From Candidatus Undinarchaeota archaeon (GTDB lineage: Archaea; SpSt-1190; JASMDC01), in assembly GCA_964519305.1 (NCBI GenBank), contig CAZFHY010000001.1, positions 250,132 to 314,131 on the forward strand: a stretch of 64,000 nt of DNA, written 5' to 3'. The position numbers and the translations under genes were made by a program. Below are positions 38,892 through 47,013 of this stretch, in pieces (the first letter of the stretch is position 1; each line of letters starts with the position of its first letter). The notes under the pieces were generated by a model that was given only the letters and a program-made list of their open reading frames with translations, searched no databases and was not told the DNA's origin.

Positions 38892-40027
38892 CAGCATTCC
38901 ACCTCTTTGCACCAGTCAACCTCAGGATAATAGCAGGAATCAATGTCGCATGGCATACCAAAACGCCTCCGATAATCTTTCTTGACGCGGGTGAAGAACG
39001 TATCCCGGTCAGGTTCCTCCTCAATTAAGTATTTAATCAGTTCGGCGACGAACCGCGTATCCGCCACCTTCCGGGCCGTGGGGAACACACGGCCGACGAT
39101 CTTGAAGCTGTCCACGCCGGCCTGCCATAGGTCATAGAGCGCACAGGCACCACAATTCGCTTGCACCTTGCGACCGAGGATCGACCGCACCCGGTCTGAA
39201 GCGGAGCCGGCCACAGGACCCTTACCGGTAACGGAATAGGTGTACCGACATGGATTGTAGACATGAGAAATAGCGCGCTCGATCGGGCCAGTCTCCGTGG
39301 CCTTTCGGGGGAGCCGGGCACCAATGGCGAGAGCGTGGGGATGGAAAAGCACACGGACTAGCAACCGGCCAAGGTAGGGATGGATCGGGTGAAGGACGTC
39401 CTCGTGGCCATGTTGGAATGTACAGTAACCCTCGATATTGCGGCAGCGGCCGTTTAGCACGAACGCTTCCAGCTCGATATCAGGTACTTTCTGACGGATG
39501 TGTCTTATCTCGTCCGTGGTTAGCTGGCGCTCAAGTATGATACGCGAAAGGCCGAGCTCCTTGAGGAAGCTAACACTCTCGCTGTTGAAGGTTGACAGAC
39601 CTGTGCTAGCGCAGATCCGGGCATCCGGATAGGCCTCCCGTGCCGCGAGTATGAGCCCGATATCGGAGATGATCACCGAGTCGATGTCACACGCTAGAGC
39701 ATCACCGAGCCATTCGAGGACACGCTCGTGCTCACCGTCCACGTACACGTGGGCGTTAAGGGCGAGGTACGCCTTCACGTCCCGGTCATGAGCTTCCCGG
39801 ACCACCTGACGGAGCTCGTCTAGCCCGTTGAGGGAAGCGAAATCCATATACCGGCGGTTGAATGCGATAACAGTGGAAAAATCACGTTTCCATGTACGAG
39901 GGAGCACACCGCAGTATATCTCGGTCGCACCTGCGTCGACCAGAGGCCCTACCTCAGATGGATCGCTCAGGGGAGCGGCGAGGGCGGGTCCTTGTGAACG
40001 CGCACCCCTTCCGTGCCCCGGTGGCAT
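38891..40027 (-). CDS. Peptidase U32 family Fe-S protein (UbiU/TrhP-like), copy 1
   Basis: GATEIYCG, RIILERQLT, EAFVLNGRCRNIEGYC, CGAC, FKIVGR. Confidence 0.88.
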   Translation of the reverse strand: MPPGHGRGARSQGPALAAPLSDPSEVGPLVDAGATEIYCGVLPRTWKRDFSTVIAFNRRYMDFASLNGLDELRQVVREAHDRDVKAYLALNAHVYVDGEHERVLEWLGDALACDIDSVIISDIGLILAAREAYPDARICASTGLSTFNSESVSFLKELGLSRIILERQLTTDEIRHIRQKVPDIELEAFVLNGRCRNIEGYCTFQHGHEDVLHPIHPYLGRLLVRVLFHPHALAIGARLPRKATETGPIERAISHVYNPCRYTYSVTGKGPVAGSASDRVRSILGRKVQANCGACALYDLWQAGVDSFKIVGRVFPTARKVADTRFVAELIKYLIEEEPDRDTFFTRVKKDYRRRFGMPCDIDSCYYPEVDWCKEVEC

Positions 40028-40050
40028 GCGCTGGCATCGTAGTAGCAATT

Positions 40051-40058
40051 ATTTAAAT
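40051..40058. promoter_or_regulatory. Bidirectional palindromic TATA box
   Basis: ATTTAAAT lies 24 nt from ATG 40027 (-) and 23 nt from ATG 40081 (+). Confidence 0.7.
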
Positions 40059-40080
40059 CAAGCTTATGGCGGTTGAAGCG

Positions 40081-40944
40081 ATGTCCTCGTCCTGGAGGAT
40101 GCTCCGTTGCCCACGCGACAGCTCACCCCTCGAGGAGGTGGACGAAGGGTTGCGGTGTCCCTCATGTTCATGCACCTTTCCCGTGGTGGACGGCGTGCCC
40201 GACCTCCTTGTGGACGAACCAGGTAACGAACTTGATAACTACTTCCGCCGTTGGCGTACCAAGAGCATAGAGGACCCTAACACCAACGACTACGCCCGAG
40301 CGCAGCGAGGGACCTTTCTTGAACGTACCTTCCACAACCGTCGCCTGGCCAGCTATCGGCGCCTTATGACGAAGGCCACTCAGGGACGCGAGCTGGGACT
40401 AGTGGTTGATCTGGGTTTCGGCACCGGTTATACGATTGATATCCATCCCCCGTGCGAGCGCCTCATCGGCCTGGAAATCAGCCGAGACAACATCGCCACC
40501 TGTCGCAAGAACATGGGAGAGCGATGCCCATCGCTTGTGCGAGGTGACGTGTACTCGCTACCCTTCGACGACGGTTCAGTGGACATGCTCTCAATGTTCT
40601 ACGTGTTCCATCGCCTCCAGCAGGACATGCTGATGAGAGAAGTCAAGCGGGTGCTACGCCCCGGTGGCGTCTTCGTGTTCACCGCCCCCTGGCACTATGC
40701 CTACCTATGGAACCAAGGTATACGGCGGTTGTTCCACCGCATAGGCATCTTCTCGGACTCGCCCGAGATGCGTATCTCCTTCGACGTCCCCATCCTGCGG
40801 TTCAGGACGTCTGATGTGCGTTTCCTTGCCTACGAGGTCCCGGGTATCCGGTGCAAGGAGGCCTACGTGGTCCCATCGCTCATGGAGATCCATGTAGTGT
40901 TCGTCAGGGAGGACAAACCCGAGACGTGCAAGTGCCCCGGTTGA
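40081..40944 (+). CDS. Class I SAM methyltransferase with an N-terminal Trm112-like domain
   Basis: LRCPRD...CPSC...FPVVDGVPDL; DLGFGTG; LPFDDGSVD; RVLRPGG. Confidence 0.9.
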   Translation: MSSSWRMLRCPRDSSPLEEVDEGLRCPSCSCTFPVVDGVPDLLVDEPGNELDNYFRRWRTKSIEDPNTNDYARAQRGTFLERTFHNRRLASYRRLMTKATQGRELGLVVDLGFGTGYTIDIHPPCERLIGLEISRDNIATCRKNMGERCPSLVRGDVYSLPFDDGSVDMLSMFYVFHRLQQDMLMREVKRVLRPGGVFVFTAPWHYAYLWNQGIRRLFHRIGIFSDSPEMRISFDVPILRFRTSDVRFLAYEVPGIRCKEAYVVPSLMEIHVVFVREDKPETCKCPG

Positions 40945-40950
40945 AATCCA

Positions 40951-42687
40951 TCATTCTCCAGCAGGCCCCACTCGATAAAGAGCCAGCTCGGTGGAAGCAC
41001 CGAAGGCCTCGACCCATTTCAGCGAGATGGGGACCGTATCAATTCGCTCCAGACTTAGACTGCTGCCGGCCAAGGCGTCGCGTGCGTTCGCGGTCCCCTG
41101 GGAGTCGTAGAGGTAGACGCACTCGCCCCGGTCCACCAGAGCGATCACGTCCCGGACAAGCTCTTCGCCGGTCGTAGGCAGAAGGAAGAACGACTCGACA
41201 TGCACCATCCGACGCCCCCAAAGGTGCTCGGCGCGCACGGGGACCGAGGCGACCACGTGGCACGACGGCTCCACACCGTTCCGCCACCTAGCCACAGTAC
41301 GCTCCTCGAGAGCGAGATAATCACGTACGTCGGGGGGGATGCCATCCCCCACAGCCACACGTGGGTAAAGGAGGACTATGAGAATCGCACCTATGGTGGC
41401 CAGTGCCGCCAGCAACCGTCGTTCCCGACCCCCTGCCCGTCCTGCCGCCCAGAGAAGGAAGGCAACGGGGAGGAGCAGATGGATAGCGTATAGGATTGCC
41501 CTCGCTCCAGCGTCCAGCTGGAGCCCGAACATATCACCATAGGCGAACGGTAAGTAAGCGAGTCCCGAGAGGAGGATGGCTGTGGCGATTGACCGCTGTG
41601 AACAGGTAAGGGTGCGTGCGCCCAGGCCACAGGCGATGGCGAAGGGGACCGAGAGGCCGATCATGTACCTTGGCACGAAGAACATGAAGTCGTGAAGGAG
41701 GAACACTACAAGACGGGCCGACCACCAGAACGTCACCAAGAGCGTCAGTGTGCTTGAGCGACCGGCGAGAGCGACCATCCCGAGCGCCGCAAGGGCAGTG
41801 AACAGGAACGGAGTGAAGTATCCATTGAACCAGTAGAGGACATAGTCCAGATTGCGTGCCAGAGAGGACGTCCCGAGACGATCAGTAACATCATTATACC
41901 CCATGCTCATCTCGAACCATCCTGCCACGTACGGCGTCAGGAGCACTAGCGCTACGATCCAAGGGACCGGAGAATACCTGACACCCTTGCGCCGGCCCCA
42001 CCAGTACACCATCATGAGCGGGACAAGGACGAGAGGATTCTCCTTGCGGACTGTCATGTGGAAGGCCAAGGATGCTGCGGTCAGCCATGCTGCGGAGGAG
42101 CGCCCCGTTCGGACGTGAAGGGCCGCACCCAGAACGGTCAGGCACTCGGTGAGCACTGAGAGCACAACGAGCCGCGTAGTGGCGCCGTACCGCAGGTGCA
42201 TCGGGAGAAGGGCAAGTATGAGAGCCGCCCAGAGCGCCGACTGATGGTCCCGGAACAGGATTCGCACGAGCAAGTAGACCAGAGCTATGGTGAGCGTACC
42301 ACCAAGCACACCCACCGTCCTTGCAGCCAGTTCGGTGAATCCGAGGATCGACGAGGTCAGGCCCAGCACAAGTGGGTAACCGATGCCGTCGAAGGTCGCG
42401 AACTGTTGACAATCGCCCATCCGGCCACGGACGCAGAAAGCGTTGAGGCGGTGGTGCACAAGGCCTTCGGCCTGTCCCACGGGGTACCATTCGTCAAGCC
42501 AGAGCAGGTGATGGTAAGGGTTCACCGCCCGCAGCACCAGACCCAGGAAGAGCACCGTGAGCAGGGCACGACGGCCCGAGACAGTGTTTGGTAGATAGGC
42601 CGACAACTCTCGGCGCGAGGCGACCAGCGCACCAGCGATGACCAGAAGGTTCACCAGGGCGAAAGGCAGCGCCAGAGGCGACGGCAT
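40951..42687 (-). CDS. GT-C membrane glycosyltransferase, paralogue 7
   Basis: MPSPLALP, WLDEWY, CVRGRMGDC, GYP, LPMHLRY, RKEN, PRYM. Confidence 0.87.
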   Translation of the reverse strand: MPSPLALPFALVNLLVIAGALVASRRELSAYLPNTVSGRRALLTVLFLGLVLRAVNPYHHLLWLDEWYPVGQAEGLVHHRLNAFCVRGRMGDCQQFATFDGIGYPLVLGLTSSILGFTELAARTVGVLGGTLTIALVYLLVRILFRDHQSALWAALILALLPMHLRYGATTRLVVLSVLTECLTVLGAALHVRTGRSSAAWLTAASLAFHMTVRKENPLVLVPLMMVYWWGRRKGVRYSPVPWIVALVLLTPYVAGWFEMSMGYNDVTDRLGTSSLARNLDYVLYWFNGYFTPFLFTALAALGMVALAGRSSTLTLLVTFWWSARLVVFLLHDFMFFVPRYMIGLSVPFAIACGLGARTLTCSQRSIATAILLSGLAYLPFAYGDMFGLQLDAGARAILYAIHLLLPVAFLLWAAGRAGGRERRLLAALATIGAILIVLLYPRVAVGDGIPPDVRDYLALEERTVARWRNGVEPSCHVVASVPVRAEHLWGRRMVHVESFFLLPTTGEELVRDVIALVDRGECVYLYDSQGTANARDALAGSSLSLERIDTVPISLKWVEAFGASTELALYRVGPAGE

Positions 42688-42704
42688 GAAGCGTTGAGGG
42701 AGTT

Positions 42705-42722
42705 GAACCTTTATAGAGCTTC
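42705..42722 (-). promoter_or_regulatory. Near-perfect copy of the palindromic promoter element
   Basis: GAACCT-TTATAG-AGCTTC. Confidence 0.7.
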
Positions 42723-42772
42723 CGCGCGGCGACCCGCGAACCCTTATAACGCTTTACGACCGAGTAACCGAC

Positions 42773-44437
42773 GTGTGCGGCATCGCCGGGATCGCAGGAT
42801 TCCAGGACGACGGTCTCCTCGATAAGATGGTGACGTCGCTCACGCACCGCGGTCCAGATGACGTGGGTACGTTCCACTCAAATGATCTCTCATTGGGAGC
42901 ACGTCGACTGGCGGTCATCGACCCGGCCGGGGGACACCAGCCCATGGTGGGCGAGGATGGTGATACTGCCGTGGTGCTCAATGGTGAGATCTACAACCAC
43001 GTACAGCTGCGTGCATGGTTGGAGGGGCGAGGCCACGAGTTCTCCTCAGCATGTGACACCGAGGTAGTCCTCCACGGCATCGAGGAGGAGGGGACGGCCT
43101 TCCTCTCGCGCATGGAGGGGATGTTCGCCCTGGCAATGTGGGACGGGCCACGGTTGGTGCTTGCTCGCGACCGGCTTGGGATCAAGCCAATGGTGTACAC
43201 CCAACGCGGCAGTGACCTTCTCTTCGCCTCCGAGGTCAAGGCTCTGTTCAAGGATCCCGAGCTTACACGGGAGGTCGACCGCGAGGCGCTGGCACAGCGG
43301 TTCGTGCTCGGATACCCGCTTGATGGGCGCACGTTGTTCGCCGGCGTCCGCTCGCTCGCCCCGGGCACGGCACTGGTGTGGGACGCACGCTCAGGATCAG
43401 TCGTGGATAAGACACCTTTCTGGGAACTGCCTAAAAGGACTGTGGAGTTAGTTGACCCCGCCACTGCAGCAGATGAACTGGCAACTGCCCTGGAGGATGC
43501 CGTGCGCTCACAGCTAGTAGCGGACGTTCCCCTGGGCGCCTTCCTCTCCGGTGGCGTTGACTCGGCCCTCATCGCTGCCTTGGCCAACGAGCATATGGAC
43601 ACGCCATTGCGCACCTTTACACTGGGCGAGAGCCACAATGATCCGGATGTCATCGCTGCGCGTGCTGTGGCCGAGACCGTGGGCTCCGACCACACCGAAC
43701 TGGTCGTCGCTCCCGAGGACGTAGCGGCCCTCGTCCCGCGGTTCGTGCTCCACATGGAGCAACCCAACTACGAGTCCGTGTTCTTCCTAGCGCTCGCCGA
43801 GGTCGTGCGCCGACGCATGACGGTTGCACTGTGCGGCCAGGGCGCTGATGAGCTATTCGGTGGCTACCCGCGATACTCCTCCCCCCGACGCTACGGTGCC
43901 GAGGTGCGATGCACACTTCGCCGGATCGCCTCTAGCGCGTCATGGGTGGACGGTCTCCACACCAAGATGTCGCTCATACGCACATCCGGTGACCTGATGG
44001 ACCACGAGCTCGGGCCCCAGCTCGCTGCGTTCCAGCTCAGTGTCGTGGACCGTGCGTCCATGGCAGCAGGGCTCGAGGTCCGTGTCCCTTACCTCGCCAC
44101 TCCCGTCGTGGAACTCTCACGACGGATGGACACGCGACTTATGTTCGAGAGCGGTGCGGCGAAAGCAGTGCTACGACGTGTGGCACGGAAGAAGCTCCCC
44201 CCCAAGATCGCGGACCGGCCGAAGCGTGGTGCAGGACCGTTCACCACGCCCAGGGGCGCCCTCATCTTCGAGCAGGAGGCATGCGATCTCATGGATGACA
44301 AGCGCGTGGCCCGCCACCCCTATCGCAAATTCTTCCGGAGGCGGAGCGAGCTTGTTTGCATGGACATCCTCGCCCACTCGTTGATCGAAGGCGACGGTCA
44401 GCTCCCTGATAAGTTCACACCGGGAGACTTGTACTGA
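42773..44437 (+). CDS. asnB: Asparagine synthase-like glutamine amidotransferase
   Basis: MCGIAG, HRGPD, NGEIYNH, DRLGIKP, LSGGVDS, GQGADELFGGY. Confidence 0.92.
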   Translation: MCGIAGIAGFQDDGLLDKMVTSLTHRGPDDVGTFHSNDLSLGARRLAVIDPAGGHQPMVGEDGDTAVVLNGEIYNHVQLRAWLEGRGHEFSSACDTEVVLHGIEEEGTAFLSRMEGMFALAMWDGPRLVLARDRLGIKPMVYTQRGSDLLFASEVKALFKDPELTREVDREALAQRFVLGYPLDGRTLFAGVRSLAPGTALVWDARSGSVVDKTPFWELPKRTVELVDPATAADELATALEDAVRSQLVADVPLGAFLSGGVDSALIAALANEHMDTPLRTFTLGESHNDPDVIAARAVAETVGSDHTELVVAPEDVAALVPRFVLHMEQPNYESVFFLALAEVVRRRMTVALCGQGADELFGGYPRYSSPRRYGAEVRCTLRRIASSASWVDGLHTKMSLIRTSGDLMDHELGPQLAAFQLSVVDRASMAAGLEVRVPYLATPVVELSRRMDTRLMFESGAAKAVLRRVARKKLPPKIADRPKRGAGPFTTPRGALIFEQEACDLMDDKRVARHPYRKFFRRRSELVCMDILAHSLIEGDGQLPDKFTPGDLY

Positions 44438-44478
44438 CCGGTCTGTACGGTCGGTGTTCTAGGGACATCGTGGTCCCG

Positions 44479-44955
44479 TTACATAAGGTAGCCGCTGTTC
44501 GCTGCGAGGAAGGGTGCTTCGTACTGGAGGAAGTAGTCGTGGACCTCGTTCCCCATGCCCATGACGTGGTAGCCCTCATGCATGAGCACTTCTGCTATGG
44601 CCGACGCACCATATCCGAGCATGACGGGTGACACGACGACCTCGCCGGGCGTTGCCGTCGTGGTCTGGCCCCCAACGTAGGTGTGGGCGAGACCGCCAGA
44701 TGCGCCAAGACTGGGATTGTACGTAGGCAGCCCTTTCTGGCTGGCCATCTCTCTGTACATCTCACAGGCCTTCTCCCAGGTCCTGAGCGGCTCGAGCGCC
44801 CTGTCATGGAAGAACGCCGCCGTGACGTCTTCGTACGCGGTCGAGGTGGCGTAACGATCGTTGAGATCGAAGGATTCGCCGTCAGTGTAGGAAAGGACCT
44901 TCTCAAGGTCGTCACCGTCCCGATAGCTGGATCTCTCGAAATCGTCGTTATGCAT
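44479..44955 (-). CDS. Small protein with a HExxH zincin-like motif
   Basis: AEVLMHEGYHV followed by NE; start ATG 44955. Confidence 0.65.
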   Translation of the reverse strand: MHNDDFERSSYRDGDDLEKVLSYTDGESFDLNDRYATSTAYEDVTAAFFHDRALEPLRTWEKACEMYREMASQKGLPTYNPSLGASGGLAHTYVGGQTTTATPGEVVVSPVMLGYGASAIAEVLMHEGYHVMGMGNEVHDYFLQYEAPFLAANSGYLM

Positions 44956-45109
44956 GCTCGTGCCGGATTTTGTGCCATTCCCCCTATAAAAACCTTTCCC
45001 CGGGAACCGTCGTGCGTACCGGCAACTAACGCAGAACAAGGAGCAGGCAGGAACGCATTATTGAAGAGCTCAAGTAGTTCTATATAGCTATCCCCTATAG
45101 GAATGTCCG

Positions 45110-46207
45110 ATGGATATCCTTGCCCCTGTCAACAGGGCGGATGAGGTCGAGCAGCTCATCCGTTCGGGGGCTGCGGAGATCTATTGCTCGGTGCTCTCAC
45201 CCCAATGGCGGGAGCGCTATAGCAATGTAGGGAGCATCAGCAGGGAGGAGTTCACCCTCTCGTCCCTTCGCTCCTACGAGGAGCTTGAGCAGGTCACGTC
45301 CATCGCCCACGACAACGGTGCCCGTGTTTCCGTAGCGTTCAACCAGGATTTCTACTCATCCAAGCAGCTACCCCTCGTGCTCAAGGAGGTCGACCAGGCC
45401 GTCGGCGCAGGGATAGATAACCTCATCATAGCCGACGTGGCGCTCATGGCAACGCTCCGGGACCGTGAGGTGGAGTGCGATGTGCACGCAAGCTCCATCG
45501 CAGCTGTTTTCAACGCTCGTGCGGCCCGGTTCCTCCAGCGCCTGGGTGTATCCCGACTCATCCTCCCGCACCATCTCACCCTGAACGAGGTGCGAACGCT
45601 CGCCGAGCGGGTGCCCGATATACCCCTTGAGGCCTTCGTGCTAAACGCCCGGTGCCCCAACGTCGAGGGATTCTGTGGTTATCTCCACGGCCTCCTCGAG
45701 ATCGCCTACCCGCGCCGGGCAGGAGCCCTATTCAGCGTCCTCGGGAGCAGATGGGGGGCCGCCCGGAGCACTATCGTAGGCGCTCTCCTCCGGCTCCCCC
45801 GATGGTCACAGCGTCTCGGTCCGCTGGCACATCACGCATCGCTCTATCTCTGTCCCAACGCCGCCGCTGTGCGCGTATCCTGCCTCGAGGGGGACCATGC
45901 TCTCGCCCCCGCTATCGAGGAACGATTCGGGATGGACTGGTGCCCCAACGTGGGCGGCATCGGTTGCGGCGTATGCGCTCTGGGGATGCTGCGCGATGCG
46001 GGTGTCAGCGTGGTCAAGGTACAAGGGCGTAACTACCCGACAGCAAAGAAGCTGGCGGACGTCCGGTTCTTGCGCTCAGCGCTCGATGCTCTCGAGAATC
46101 TTAAGGGTGGGGACACTTTCCATGAGCGGTGTCGCGCCCTGTACTCCGACAGTTATGACCGGCCATGCTCACTTGCTGAGTGCTACTGGCCTGAGGAGGT
46201 GCGGTGA
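45110..46207 (+). CDS. Peptidase U32 family Fe-S protein, copy 2
   Basis: MDILAP, GAAEIYC, EAFVLNARCPNVEGFC, CGVC, VKVQGR, CYW. Confidence 0.88.
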   Translation: MDILAPVNRADEVEQLIRSGAAEIYCSVLSPQWRERYSNVGSISREEFTLSSLRSYEELEQVTSIAHDNGARVSVAFNQDFYSSKQLPLVLKEVDQAVGAGIDNLIIADVALMATLRDREVECDVHASSIAAVFNARAARFLQRLGVSRLILPHHLTLNEVRTLAERVPDIPLEAFVLNARCPNVEGFCGYLHGLLEIAYPRRAGALFSVLGSRWGAARSTIVGALLRLPRWSQRLGPLAHHASLYLCPNAAAVRVSCLEGDHALAPAIEERFGMDWCPNVGGIGCGVCALGMLRDAGVSVVKVQGRNYPTAKKLADVRFLRSALDALENLKGGDTFHERCRALYSDSYDRPCSLAECYWPEEVR

Positions 46208-47007
46208 TGGAACGGGCAGTGCTAGTTTCCCGCGCACCGCTCCTCGACACGCTCGACTGGACCGGGTACGACCGGCTCTACCTGGGCAACGGATACTGCC
46301 AACGGCTCATCCCCACGCCCGACCAGCTCAGGTCCGCCCTGGACCGGGCGGACGACGCACATATCCCGCTCACCCTTGTCACTCCGCCCGTAACCGATAA
46401 TGGGCTCGACGATCTTGGCCCCGTCCTTGATCTCCTACCAAAAGGTGCAGAGGTTGTGGCCAACGACTGGGGTGTCATCGACCTTGTCGCCGAGGCTGGA
46501 CGGCTCCAGCCGGTTGTCGGCGGCCTTCTTCACAAGCAGAAGCGCGGACCGCGCATCATGATGGCGAAGGACCTTCTCCCTCCAGAGGCATGGGATCGAT
46601 TTCGCACGTCGAACATGGACGTGGTCGCTATGCGCGAGATCCTGGCCTTGTACGGGATCAAACGGGTCGAGGTCGAGAATCCCTTCCAAGGCGTGTCGCT
46701 TGACCTTGCCGGGGGCGAAAAACCACTCTTTGGCTCGCTCCACCATCCCTATGTCTGCGTCACTATGTCGAGATACTGCCTATTAGCACTGGCCTCGACC
46801 AGGCAAGGCCTGCCAGAATGGGGCATCTACCCCTGCTCCCGTATGTGTACAAATTCCAGTTTCCAGCTCGACCATCCGACCATGGGCGTCCCACTCTACC
46901 TCAAGGGATGTGCCGTATTCGTAAAGAACGATGCACTCCCCGGTGATAAGGAGCTGAAGGACATGGGCATCGACCGGACAGTGGTATCGCAGATACCACC
47001 TGCATGA
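46207..47007 (+). CDS. U32-like partner subunit (UbiV-like), copy 2
   Basis: LYLGNGYCQRLIP, TLVTP, VANDWG, MSRYC, PCSRMC; TGATG coupling. Confidence 0.8.
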   Translation: MERAVLVSRAPLLDTLDWTGYDRLYLGNGYCQRLIPTPDQLRSALDRADDAHIPLTLVTPPVTDNGLDDLGPVLDLLPKGAEVVANDWGVIDLVAEAGRLQPVVGGLLHKQKRGPRIMMAKDLLPPEAWDRFRTSNMDVVAMREILALYGIKRVEVENPFQGVSLDLAGGEKPLFGSLHHPYVCVTMSRYCLLALASTRQGLPEWGIYPCSRMCTNSSFQLDHPTMGVPLYLKGCAVFVKNDALPGDKELKDMGIDRTVVSQIPPA

Positions 47008-47013
47008 GTCCGC

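Noticed and set aside
31786-42722. Repeated palindromes as CRISPR repeats, integron attC sites or invertible-promoter ends
   Set aside because: They are separated by whole genes and sit at a fixed distance from the ATG over the TATA box. No cas, integrase or invertase gene is in the window.
42773-44437. AsnB as a lasso-peptide cyclase, or the locus as a RiPP cluster
   Set aside because: It keeps the catalytic N-terminal Cys (MCGIAG) of a true glutamine amidotransferase. I found no B-protein/PqqD domain or convincing precursor peptide near the rSAM genes.
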